Shown here: in pieces, positions 26,012 through 37,382 of the stretch | Layout of the letters: every line of letters starts with the position of its first letter | Position numbering within the stretch: the stretch's first letter is position 1 | Assembly (NCBI GenBank): GCA_032718475.1 | Contig: JAUCBJ010007173.1 | Location: 124,001-188,000 of the forward strand | Direction: 5' to 3' | DNA length: 64,000 bases | From: Nemertoderma westbladi | Lineage: Eukaryota > Animalia > Xenacoelomorpha | Program-made: the position numbers and the translations under genes | Notes under the pieces: generated by a model | The model's database searches: none | Seen by the model: only the letters and a program-made list of their open reading frames with translations | What the model was told of the DNA's origin: nothing

Positions 26012-27640
26012 ATCTGCTATCTGAGTTTGTTAATATCGAAATGAGTTTATGTTTAGGCGAGCGGACGTCTCTGCCCACCTCTCTTTGCCCCCGGACAGTG
26101 GGATCCTCAGCGCCGATGTACCGTTGTCGCGGTGTTTACGCCAACATGTAGCAACATTACGACAACGATAACCGGCACAAGTCCCTCCACTGTCCGTCCC
26201 AAAGGCTTGAATCCACTTTAGGTTCTTTCTATAGGAGAGTTGGGTTACTTTCACAATTGCGACTAGCTACTGTAAACACACCTTAGCAGTAACATTCACC
26301 TACAAACGCACAAATTCCACACAACTGTCACCAATTGTACACATACAGGCCATTTGTCCGTTAGTCAGTGCCTTCCAGAATGTCACGTTATTACTGTGTA
26401 TCCTTGGATACTAACAGTGTGCTATATTCTCTATGCTATGCAATGGGACAAGCTTTCTATTGTTCTTTTAACTTGCTTCTAATTCTAGCGTGGGTGTTGC
26501 TATGATGACATTATGGAATGCTAGCGGTAGAATTAGGGTAATTCTCATGCATACAGATCTGGGATGCTATTTAATAATAATTCTTTAATTGTCAATATCC
26601 TCTTTATGCATGATTTTATTAATTTTATCGGCTATTGACTATATGTTGGAGATTCTCGCACTCTAATACACTCAATAGGATGAATCTCCGCTCCCATGAT
26701 CTATTAATTAATGGAATTTTGGGAATGTTATAAATTGTACAAAATGACAATTTATGAAATTCATTTAAAATATGAATTTAAATTTATTCCCGTGAATTTT
26801 ATTATTTGATGTTAAAATTGACACAATTTGATTCCAGAGCAGGTCTGGGGACATAGGATCCTTAATTCTATGAAATTTGTCTTTTAAGAGTATCGGTAAG
26901 TGCTACGATATCTTAATCGACTAGAATTGTTAACGGATCTGAATTTTACAGATTTTAATAAATATTAAATTAATATTTAAGATGGGCACCGATTTATTCC
27001 AGAACTTGTCTGGGGACGTTAACCACTGATTCTAGAATTTGTCTTTCAAGTATATCGGTGGGTGCCGCGATATCTTAATCGACTAGAATTACAGATGGTC
27101 AAAAGGTTTAACAGATTTATTTGCGTTTTACGCTACTGTTAGAGGGACATCACGCTGCTATATGTATTATTTAATATAAGGTAGAAGAGCAATATCGCAC
27201 GAAGCAATGTCAGTGTGAAGAGGCAAGTCGTTTCCAAGGTCTACCCAGAGCTTGGTTTAGCCGAGACACGAGGATCTGAACTTTGCATTCCTAATACTCT
27301 GCCTACCAATAATACTTGAATATAGTAGTGGCTTTATTGTACTTTAAGAAGTACGGATATTTCATCTTACTGTAGTCACGTATTTATAATATGATACGGA
27401 CAGTAAGGAAAGTGAAAAAACAATTATTTCTCGCCGTCGCACTAAATATATATTATAAGTAATTACGTACGTAATAAACACTAATATATTGCACTAATCT
27501 ACTAAGTAATCACTAAAATAACATTATACTAAATAAAATTAAAGAAAACGATTATAATAAAATTACATAATAATACATACATAAATATAAAATAAAAACA
27601 AATATAAAATGATATAGCCACACGCCCACTCCATATGTTA

Positions 27641-29983
27641 TTACGTTATAGAGTCCCTAGATATTTGTCGGATTAGGGAAGTGGTCGTAGGAAGAGTATC
27701 TTGCCTTCCATAGTTTCCGGACAGTTTTCGGTCTCTTTCCAGTAAACATAAACGACCAGCTGGGCGATTGAGTTGTTGTGTTACTTTCTCCGCTCCCTTG
27801 GCCTGTCTAATCTCCGCCGGGGTAAGATGAGGAGGCCATTCTTCTTCTTCTTTACTTAAGAAGTCGGATCCACCTAACCAGCCTGGAGTATCTATTAGTT
27901 CTTGAGGAGTTGCTCCTCTGGAAACGATGTCGGCTGGATTAATCGTCCCAAGGCAATGTCTCCATTGATCTATATTGGAGTTAATATCGTCATTATCTGA
28001 GGAGTATGGTGTTCCCTCCATTGGATCGTCTACATCACTGCTCTCCACTTCCCATTCCTTTACTTGGTATACCTGTTGTTGAGGTAATCTCTCTTTGAGA
28101 GTTCTACGGGAAGGGCCAGTGAAGTACCAACCTACTCTAGTTCTTACCGCATAGGTTTGCAGTGGCTGCGGTTGAGCAGGCCGTTTCTCCAATGTCTCGA
28201 GCGCCTCATGCGCGTTTTGGCCGATGAGTATTTGCACTCCAGGATAATCTGTCTGGAATCGAGGTATCTTAAGATGTTGGATGCTCTCATCCTCGTCCCA
28301 ATTATAAAGGTCTGCTTGGGTAGTAGCGAAGTTCTTTATAGCCACCATTTTTACTGACCTTATACTTTGTGCTCCTAATTTATCCTGGGGGGTGGACAAC
28401 GCACCTACATAGTAATCTGCCGTTATGGTAGATTTCCAAACCTGCATAATTCCTGACATATTCAATTTAGTCCGGAACTTGGGTTGTCCAGCAAAGATAT
28501 CTTCGGCTAGTTCTTGATCGATGAATGTTCCTGTGCTGCCGGAGTCAAGGAGGGCGTTCACTATGTAACTTTTGTTAAGACCGTGAACTCTTACTTGAAC
28601 TACAGGAAATTCTCTGATTCCTACGTTGGAAGCTGGAGCTTTCCAAGATGGTTGTTTGGCGAAAGTAGTTGGGGGAAACTCATCGTTGATGTCCTTTTCG
28701 TAAGTAAGTGCTCGATACACTGCGGTATTTATTAGATAACAGGATTCATTGGCGTCGGAGAATTCGTCAGTATAGAATCCTTCCATCTCAGACTCTTGAT
28801 CAGTGTCGTTTACGTCACTAAATTGGACATGTAGTTCGGGCTCACTTACCTGACTCTGTCTGTCTCGTTCGAACTCACTGTGTAACAAGATGTGATGTTT
28901 CGCGCCACACTTTGCACACTTTATGTCGGAGTAACAGGTTCGCCGTTGATGTCCTGGTCTGAGGCAATTATAGCATAACCGCTTGTTCCACAGGACTGTA
29001 CGTCTGTCTACAAGGGATTTCTTTAGAAATTCAGCACACGCACTCAAACGGTGGGGCCCGTCGCACAGCGCACATTTTGGTTTGATGTTACTCACCTTAA
29101 CTTGGTTAACGTTCTGCACTCTCGTTCTTTCTTCGGGCTTTCTTCCGTGAATTCTCTTAGGAGACGTAGGAGGAGTTGTTGTTACCTGTTCTCTCCTGTC
29201 ACTGGTTCGAGACTTGTATTTACTTACGTCTTTATAGGTCTTGTTGTCATAGTAAGATTTTGCTGTGTCTTTCCCGCTGTCCTCTTCTTGAGAAGCTTGG
29301 CTTTCGCCGTCGTCAGTATAACACACTGGTATTATCCTTCTCCTAGAAACGGGTTTCTCACTTACCTTATTTTCCGATGTTTTCTCTCTGGACTGCCTTA
29401 TGAGTTGTAATTTTACTTCACTATCTAAGAAGGACATGAGATCAGCCATGGTAGGGCTTCGGCGTTGTTGTTCATTCATGTACAACACTTTCTTGTCCCA
29501 GCGCGTACATACTCCACCCTTTGGTAAAGTAGAGACTACGGCTCCAATGACCATGGAACTCTGATATTCATGCGACTTACCTAACCAGTCCAGTTGTCTA
29601 CAGATCTCTTGAATTTCATCGGAAAACTCTATAATCCCGCTACTAAGGAAGTGTCGGGGGGCTACTAATTTTGCATACAAATACTTAGCTATGTTATCCT
29701 TGTTACCATACCTGATGTTTAATGTATCCCAAACTTGTCTTAATCCATCTGGATGTCCAATAAACTTTAACGCCATTAACTTGGGAGGTCCTTCCAAGCA
29801 CTTGATGAGGAATCTAAGTTTCTCTCCGTTAGATAGTACAGAGTTCTGTATGCTATCTTTGTAATATTCGTTGAAAGGTAACCATTTCATCTCATCTCCA
29901 TTGAATTTGACGATCTCTCCCACTTTGACCGCTTGGCGGGCTTCTGTTCTAGCCATCTGACGCGTAAAGCTTTCTTGGGCCAT
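27641..29983 (-). CDS. gag: Element 2 gag core, knuckles and protease fused in frame to RNase H and integrase tails
   Basis: 780-aa ORF with LLDSGSTG. Junctions near 27975 and 27781 join distant parts of the element 1 pol. Confidence 0.85.
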   Translation of the reverse strand: MAQESFTRQMARTEARQAVKVGEIVKFNGDEMKWLPFNEYYKDSIQNSVLSNGEKLRFLIKCLEGPPKLMALKFIGHPDGLRQVWDTLNIRYGNKDNIAKYLYAKLVAPRHFLSSGIIEFSDEIQEICRQLDWLGKSHEYQSSMVIGAVVSTLPKGGVCTRWDKKVLYMNEQQRRSPTMADLMSFLDSEVKLQLIRQSREKTSENKVSEKPVSRRRIIPVCYTDDGESQASQEEDSGKDTAKSYYDNKTYKDVSKYKSRTSDRREQVTTTPPTSPKRIHGRKPEERTRVQNVNQVKVSNIKPKCALCDGPHRLSACAEFLKKSLVDRRTVLWNKRLCYNCLRPGHQRRTCYSDIKCAKCGAKHHILLHSEFERDRQSQVSEPELHVQFSDVNDTDQESEMEGFYTDEFSDANESCYLINTAVYRALTYEKDINDEFPPTTFAKQPSWKAPASNVGIREFPVVQVRVHGLNKSYIVNALLDSGSTGTFIDQELAEDIFAGQPKFRTKLNMSGIMQVWKSTITADYYVGALSTPQDKLGAQSIRSVKMVAIKNFATTQADLYNWDEDESIQHLKIPRFQTDYPGVQILIGQNAHEALETLEKRPAQPQPLQTYAVRTRVGWYFTGPSRRTLKERLPQQQVYQVKEWEVESSDVDDPMEGTPYSSDNDDINSNIDQWRHCLGTINPADIVSRGATPQELIDTPGWLGGSDFLSKEEEEWPPHLTPAEIRQAKGAEKVTQQLNRPAGRLCLLERDRKLSGNYGRQDTLPTTTSLIRQISRDSIT

Positions 29984-29991
29984 CGTGTTAT

Positions 29992-31749
29992 TTAATATCG
30001 AATTATCGGTATATAAAGTTCTCGGATCATTACAGGTCTATAGGGAATATCATTAATAACAGGTCTATAATCACCCTTAATAGGGTTTGCTATAGGAGTT
30101 TCAACTTCACTAGCAGTATAGATGCGTGTAGGCTCCACACCTTGCGCATGTAATACTTCAGACCTAACAGGTTGACACAATGTTACAGGGGGTATTGGTA
30201 TGCCCTTTTGTATATTGACTAATTTGTCGCGTTCTAGCGCGATACTTTGCTGCACTTCTTGCAACTCTGCTCTACCTTCCCTCACTGTTCCCTTAAGTTG
30301 GTGGACAGTCTCCTGCATCTGTCCTAGCAGGAGATTCATCCCCCGCCGTCCCTCTTCTACCCACTCAACCGCCGAAGCGGGAGTCGCCAACATAGTAGCG
30401 GGCTGACGCGGGACGACGGGAGACAAATCTTTGATTTCTCTCTCTGCTATCCGGACAGGGATATTCTCTTGGACTGTTCTACCGGGTACAGGCAGTGTAG
30501 TACTATGTAAAGGGAATTTAGAGTTAAGCTCTGGAAGTACAGGGGTCTCTAACACAGGGGTGACTTTGGGAACGACAGGCCTAATTATTTCAGGCACATC
30601 AACTATAGTAGGGAGTCTTTTGACCTTAATAATTTGGTCTGTAGGTTCTATACTACTCAAGTCTGTGCTAGCTAGTTGTCTTCTAACAGCTGGGGGCAAA
30701 TCAGGCAATTTGTGACGGTAAGATGTTTTTCTACGCCTACTTAGATGAGATCTATTTCCTCCGCCTTCAGGATCGGTGGTCTCGCCTTCCTCCGAGGATG
30801 TGTATCCCTGGCGCTTGGGAGTAGATTTTCTCATCATCTGCATTTGATTAGCAGTAAACTGTTTATTTATACTGTCTTGTGTCTCTTGCAGATTTTCCAA
30901 CTCCAGTTGGGTAGTCTGCTCAGAGGCTCTCCGTTCTGCTTCTGCCACTGCCTTTGCTGCTTTTCTTTCTACTTCTGCTTCTGCCATAGCCGCCGCCTTT
31001 TGTTCCTCTATCCGTCTTTTCTTTATTTGTTCTTCTCGGACTCTAGTGAGGCGGAGTTTTTCATCACATTCAGCTTGGTTTGCAGCTAACATTTCGGCAT
31101 CGATTGAGTCCAACACAAGCTTGGTTCCTTCACTATTAGGGGAAAGTCCAGACAGCCGTCTCCTCAACTCTTCGTCTCCTAGGAATCGCTGATAGTCGGA
31201 CAAATAAATGTCGATAGCGTCTCTAGTTTGCGGCTTCTCTGCTGATGTTAATTCGCTTTCCACTTCGCTTTCCAACTCGCTTTCCACTTCGCTTTCCACC
31301 TCACTTTCCACTTCGCTTTCCACCTCACTTTCCACTTGAGAAGAAGTGGCGTCGGTTGATTCTTCATAGGTTGGCCGCTCATCATAAACCGTATCCGCCA
31401 TCTTCGCTCCGCGTTCGGGCGTCCGCTCAACAGTATCCGAACTACTGGAGCTATCTGGCCGCTGAGAACTAGGTTCTTGGCTAGGAGGTTGCTGCTGTTT
31501 TATAGCTTCTTCTTGATCCCGCTTGACTTGGGCCCGAGTGCCTATGGCAGACCAACGGCGCTTCACTAACTTCGCAAATTGCGAAATCTTTTCTACCAAC
31601 CTAGGTTCTGACACAACCACTGCAGGGGTTGCCCTTCTTACAGTATGAGGGGTTTCAGACCTCGGTCTGGGATTCTCTACACTTTGATCTGAGAAACAGG
31701 CTGTTGTTTCTAGGAGACTATCTGACAGAGTTTGCCTTGTGTCAGCCAT
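29992..31749 (-). CDS. gag: Element 2 gag N-terminal region (frameshift near 30030) with 12-bp ESEV repeats
   Basis: Homologous to 17600-20030 with an in-frame internal deletion near 31385. Confidence 0.8.
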   Translation of the reverse strand: MADTRQTLSDSLLETTACFSDQSVENPRPRSETPHTVRRATPAVVVSEPRLVEKISQFAKLVKRRWSAIGTRAQVKRDQEEAIKQQQPPSQEPSSQRPDSSSSSDTVERTPERGAKMADTVYDERPTYEESTDATSSQVESEVESEVESEVESEVESELESEVESELTSAEKPQTRDAIDIYLSDYQRFLGDEELRRRLSGLSPNSEGTKLVLDSIDAEMLAANQAECDEKLRLTRVREEQIKKRRIEEQKAAAMAEAEVERKAAKAVAEAERRASEQTTQLELENLQETQDSINKQFTANQMQMMRKSTPKRQGYTSSEEGETTDPEGGGNRSHLSRRRKTSYRHKLPDLPPAVRRQLASTDLSSIEPTDQIIKVKRLPTIVDVPEIIRPVVPKVTPVLETPVLPELNSKFPLHSTTLPVPGRTVQENIPVRIAEREIKDLSPVVPRQPATMLATPASAVEWVEEGRRGMNLLLGQMQETVHQLKGTVREGRAELQEVQQSIALERDKLVNIQKGIPIPPVTLCQPVRSEVLHAQGVEPTRIYTASEVETPIANPIKGDYRPVINDIPYRPVMIRELYIPIIRY

Positions 31750-33812
31750 GTTTGATTGTACAGTCGAATGCCTACTGCTATATTACAGTTAAAGCAAGTC
31801 TAGTAATTCAGTATCACTGTTAGCCTAATAATTAATTACCGATACTGCTACTCAGTGTAGCGTGATATATATATAATATATTAGAATACCGGTATGCTTA
31901 TAATATATATATAAGTATTATTACAGACTAGATTTGTCACAGAGTACCGGTATATAATTTTAGCACAAATATATATAAATATATAATAGGCCTATCGTGA
32001 ATACCGGTATACAGCTGACACTTATAGTATATATAAGTATAATTATTACTAGAATTAATTACAGAATACCGGTATGATTTCAGCTCAAATTTATAGAAAT
32101 AAATATAATAAGCCTATGGTAAATACCGGTATGTCAATTATTTTTAGAATAATTGAATTTCTGAATATTTTAGGGTTACTTGGTTACTTTAACTTACTTT
32201 ATTACCGTTATTTAAGCAGCAGTCCAACTGATATTGAGACCTAGTTGTTGTATGGCAGGCCTAATATTTATAAATCGTTTGAGTTGATTTATAATATTTA
32301 TATACCCGTTTAAAAGGGTTTTGTCAATATTTGAAATAAATGTTATTATTTCTGGGGGAGTCACTACACAGAAGCTGTGCGCTCTCAGTGAAGTGCTACC
32401 TATGGGACACTAAAACAGATAATTCTAATTTACCTAAGTTACTTAATACTACAAATTACTTACGATACGGGTGAGATTAAATCTCTAGTTAAACACAACA
32501 AAAATATTACGTACGAATTTTTAGGGTAATTTTACAGGAAGTCTACAAACCAGCCTAACAAAGGGTTAGAATTCTGGTTATTACAATGGACAGGGTACTA
32601 CGGTATTTGAAAATAATAAGTAGTAGTAAATACACTGCGTTGTCCAGATAGGAAAATACCACCGCCTGACGACCTATAACCGTATCGCTATAGGTACTAC
32701 GTTATGTATCACGGAGTGTTCCTACCCAGAAGTTAATAGAGCTAGCGAATGTGCCTATCAACCACTTTACAACACAAATATAATGCCTACACACTAATTA
32801 CTCCGGAAAGCACTGTACACTAAACCCTAAATTAGGTACAAGTACCGGTACAACAAATAATCAGTAGTTAAATATACTTGAACAGTTAAAAGAACCACGG
32901 CATCTGCTGGAGTGACCAGGGCACAAAGTCACCAGTCTTGTCCTACGCCAAGCAGCCCGTGTAGTACCGGGGTTAATTTAACTATAACGGTATGTGTAAC
33001 AAACACAATTACTGTAGGAATAAACTTGGGGACATGAATGTTGCGAATAATCGCATAAACTCTGAATAATAAATATTACGCTACCCGTACAGAATACTCA
33101 AACAAATACAAACCAAAACGCTGGCAGACTACCACCAAGCCTAAATAAACTACCGTACGTGTAGATTCTGAAATAGTTAGTTAGTATGCGTTCTAACACG
33201 GTAGTACGACTTATTCTTTAAGAGGGGATTGACCTTACCGCTATGGCTGCCCCAACTTACTAACGGAGCTTTATCAGACAAACTCTACACACGCAGCAAT
33301 CTCTTCAGACCTAATAATAGCTAGACAACAATCCAGCCTACAAAATATCTGAGTAATAACTATTACGGTACCTGAACAGACCACACAAACAAACACAGGC
33401 TAAAACGCTGGCAGACTACGATCAAGCCTAAATAAACTACAGTATATGCAGATTCTGAAATAGTTAGTTAGTATGCGTTCTAACACGGTAGTACGACTTA
33501 TTCTTTAAGAGGGGATTGACCTTGCAGCATATGGCTGCCCCAACTTACTAACGGCACTCTATCAGACAAACTCTACACACGCCGTAATCTCTCCAAACTC
33601 AACAACAATCCGACAACAGTCTGGCCTACAATTATCTGAACAATCTGAGCAGACTTACACGTCTTCAGCTCAATATTAACTTACTAGGAAATAAAACCGA
33701 CAGAAATAAGTAAAATCTCAATAAAAAACCAGGGCGGCCGTCCCTGATTAAATACTAAGACCTACCAGTATACAATAATCAAAATCGAATAATACTAATG
33801 TACTTATACTGG

Positions 33813-33937
33813 AAGTACCGGTTAGGACAGTTGGGCCTACGGACCTACAGAAGTACCGGTTCTGGCAGTTGGACCTACGGACCTACAGCAGTACCGGTTC
33901 TGGCAGTTGGGCCTACTGACCTACAGAAGTACCGGTT
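33813..33937. repeat. ~38-bp tandem repeat, three copies, in element 2 leader
   Basis: Unit GTACCGGTTCTGGCAGTTGGGCCTACGGACCTACAGAA. Confidence 0.85.
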
Positions 33938-33992
33938 CAGGTTTACCGGTCGACCGGTACTTTCAACTTTATTGCTTACTGCAATAAAGTCA

Positions 33993-34003
33993 ATGACTGT
34001 TAT
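33993..34003 (-). other. Non-tRNA primer-binding site of element 2 (ATAACAGTCAT)
   Basis: Abuts the 5' LTR and is exactly complementary to LTR positions 34784-34794. Confidence 0.8.
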
Positions 34004-35270
34004 TGTACGCGCTTTTGAAGACCTTTAGCAGTTTAACCTGCCAAAATTTATATGTCTTTTGATTTATAAATATACTTTAGAAGATGACAAATATTTAATA
34101 CCAATAAACACAACATTAGCAGAAGCCAGCCTAGTGCGCGTCCATTCACCCGCTGGATAATCCCGGGAGGCTGGATTCTGTCGGCTTAGATTATTATTGC
34201 AGTGAAGCTTACGGTATTGTATTATTCGATTGATCGTTAATAATTAATTTCTGACTAATATTATTCACTTTCGGGAAATATTAACAGTTCCTTTTAGGAC
34301 GTGGCGCTCTATCTAAGTAAACAGAGATATGACTTATACTAATCACAACGGTAAGTCGGTAAGGCTTATGATTCACGTATGAGGCGCATTCTTTAGGAAA
34401 TGCTTAGTTATCAGCCACAATCATGCACACTACCGGTAACGCACAATACTGCTCACTAATTTGCCGACCGTCAATGAATCTTATCATATATAAAGAGAAT
34501 AGCAACGGACTCATGTAGGGCTTATCAAATAGCATTAAATTCAATACACACCACAATAATATAAGTCGCAATCGCTATATATATAACCCGCCTCTCTAAC
34601 CTGTAGTGTATCAAGAAAATTGGGAAATTTGGGTTCTTTATAAATGTTCTCCAAATAATATTCAATCCACTGATACAAGATATGACAACAGTAAAACATT
34701 AAGACGGTAGGTTAAGATATGATATGCACTGGTATGGACCGATATGTGAGTTGTTATGAACCGTTATGCACTGAGTTGAACTGATAACAGTCATACGCTC
34801 TATAATTTAAGCCTACTAATGTTTTCTAGAGCCGGTGTTTCTGGCTTAGACAGCAATAACAACAAAGTATCAAGTAAAAAACTGTAAGACTGAACAATCC
34901 CAGTATGATAGGCTCAAAGCTCCACATCGACAGAGAGAATCGCTCTGATTGGCTGAAGCCAAACAAAGAACCATGCGTCCAATGGCTGTTTCCATTTAAG
35001 CAACCAGCTGCTAGATGTCGTAATCTGAATCATCACGGCTAAGCTGTGTAAAAGTATTTGCCGTATTGCGGGTTTTTTGCCTTACCATGTCCGCTAAAAC
35101 ACGTATATAGCAGAATGACTTTTATGTCCGTTAAAACACCTGTAACGGTACCTTGCGGGCGAGGGGAATATTTATACAGTTAGAGAACCTTTTTTAGAGT
35201 ATTCCAGCGCCTGGGGGGAAACTGGATTGCGAAGCAAAGGGGCCAGTTATATCCCACAGAAGCTTTTACA
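34004..35270 (-). repeat. 5' LTR of BEL element 2 (LTR D)
   Basis: Direct repeat of 23218-24484. Confidence 0.95.
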
Positions 35271-35400
35271 AAAATACTTGAAAAATATCAATTCAAACAA
35301 CCTGGACTCATATAATCTACTTGGTTGTATTGGCCGAGACCTAGAATACGGTGAGACATTTATCAATACACATCCTGAGTTGCAAGAGGTCCTACGTTCG
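35271..35400 (+). pseudogene. Remnant of a related accessory ORF, right part
   Basis: KYLKNINSNNLDSYNLLGCIGRDLEYGETFINTHPELQEV continues 23045-23217 in frame across the TSD. Confidence 0.85.
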
Positions 35401-35580
35401 TATTTTATCTATTGAATGGATTTTCAAAATTTCGTTCCAAGTTTGCACACAGCACTGAAAATTACAAGTTTGATACGCTTGGTTCAACTCGTATATATTC
35501 CATCGAAACCAGAACCCAAAAAAACCCCAATTGCGTAAAAAACAAGTTTCAAACAATCAATTTACAAAATTGACATATTT

Positions 35581-35650
35581 CAAAATTTGGTGCTGGCACC
35601 AAAATTTGGTGCTGGCACCAAAATTTGGTGCTGGCACCAAAATTTGGCAC
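35581..35650. repeat. 19-bp tandem repeat with palindromic subunits, about 3.5 copies
   Basis: Unit CAAAATTTGGTGCTGGCAC. Confidence 0.85.
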
Positions 35651-35945
35651 CCGCCGAAAAAAACATGTTTGAAATTTCTAAATCAATTTATATCCAATTT
35701 CATCCATATCCATCCAATTGCTAACACCAAAAAACCGGTGTAAATCAAAAATAGAGATGTTACAAATCATATTTAATGAAATGTAATTTTCAAAAAACCT
35801 GCCCCTTTCCCTCAATCGGGCGAAGGGTAGACGCGGACGAAGATCGCACCCAACCTTCAATTCCTGTGTATTAGTCTGGAAGTGTTGGATGTGTCTGCTA
35901 TATTGCACTGCACTGGCCAACGCGCAGTGTGACACCCACGTAGAT

Positions 35946-37382
35946 TGTAAAAGCTTTTGCGGACAAAATAATTCATTTAAATGCAAATCATGCAAATCTA
36001 TTAACGTATTTCATACTGTATTATTTCATACTTTCATATTATATCACATATCACCGCAATGCTGAATTCTGATACTGCAACACTGCTGTTGCGCCGCTAG
36101 CACCGTTTTTTACTGTTTTATACTGTTATTAGCTGTTGTTATATATTAATGGATGTTATATTTGGAGAATACTGTTGAATAATCGTTAAATCCCCCTTAA
36201 CTTTCTTAATTACTGAGGTAAGCAGAAGGGTGTATTGTGATGGGACCTGGGAGTTGGCAGTATATATATATGCGTCGCCGCGTCCCTAGTCTGCTGAGGT
36301 TGTTGTCTGGATATATATATAGTAGGCCGAAGGCCGTTCAAATAACTGAGTTTTACTGTCAGTGTTTTATAATCGCAGTAATCAATAATACAGTCTGAAT
36401 AAACAGTCTGACTATAATAGTACGGTAGTGACGACGGTTAAAACTGTTCCGGTCTCACAACTGCATAGGAACCAACTGAACCAGTAATCAATAACTACAA
36501 CGGTTATATTATCATTGACACATACTAAATTACATCTACACTACTGAGTGGCCTGAGTATCCAATAGATGCACTCTAATCACTCCCAATGTGCTCTGCCT
36601 CCCACCCACCATTGGCTTAACCTGATTAATTGTCACCTCGCCACTCCCTGTTGCCATTATCCATACGTGCTAGCCTTACTAGCCTGTTTGTCCCTCTGAG
36701 GTGGTTTGACCTCTCAACTCTCCCTGTGGCTTACGGCGTGTATCGCCTTAGTTGGTTGTGAGGTACATTATTATTGGTAATGTCACCTCGACAACTATAA
36801 TTTGCAAAATGCCACTAAACCCATTTTCGGTGGGTAGTGCAGGGAATTGAATCCGCTTACATGTATCAGTAGCAATTATGGCTCAATTTATAGTGGTCTG
36901 TATGAATTTAATGCTATTTCATAACCCCAACGTATGTGAGTTGCAATCCTCCTTATATATGACTAAAATCGGTGACAGTCGGCAAATCAGTGTGTGTTAG
37001 TGTGATTATTGGTACAGAAATTGAGTGTGAAGGTTAATAAAGCATTCCTAAAGAATGTGCCATTTTCGTTATCTCATTACCACTCGTTGTAATTAGTGTC
37101 AGTCATAACTCTGCGCGATACTTAAAGCGCCACACCCCAAATGAACTGTTAATATTTCCCTGAAAGTAAATATAGTTGTCGAAGATTATATAGTTAAGTG
37201 ATCAATTGAATAATACAAAGTAGCCTACTCCTCTCTCTGCAATAGAATCCAGTCTCCCACACCCGTGGGTCATACGCTGCGCTAGACTGGCTTCAACTGA
37301 TGTCAATTAGTACGCGCGATTATCAACTCAAAAGACACTTAAATTAGCAGGTTAAACTGTTAAAGGTCTAAAAGCGCGAACA
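35946..37382 (+). repeat. Degenerate solo LTR of the BEL family (LTR E) with unrelated sequence inserted at about 36235-36890
   Basis: Starts TGTAAAAGCTTTTGCGGAC, ends AAAGCGCGAACA, flanks TAGAT/GAGAT (4 of 5 TSD match), inverted homology to LTRs A and B. Confidence 0.75.

Larger units (their letters stand above)
23218..35270 (-). mobile_element. BEL/Pao element 2, non-autonomous internally deleted copy
   Basis: Two 1267-bp LTRs with two mismatches seen by eye, 5-bp TSD AAAAT (23213-23217, 35271-35275). Internal sequence is colinear with element 1 but lacks RT, most RNase H, integrase and most of the accessory region. Confidence 0.95.

Noticed and set aside
31370-31400. Element 2 gag deletion as a spliced-out intron
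   Set aside because: The corresponding ends in element 1 lack GT..AG. The other junctions were not convincing either.
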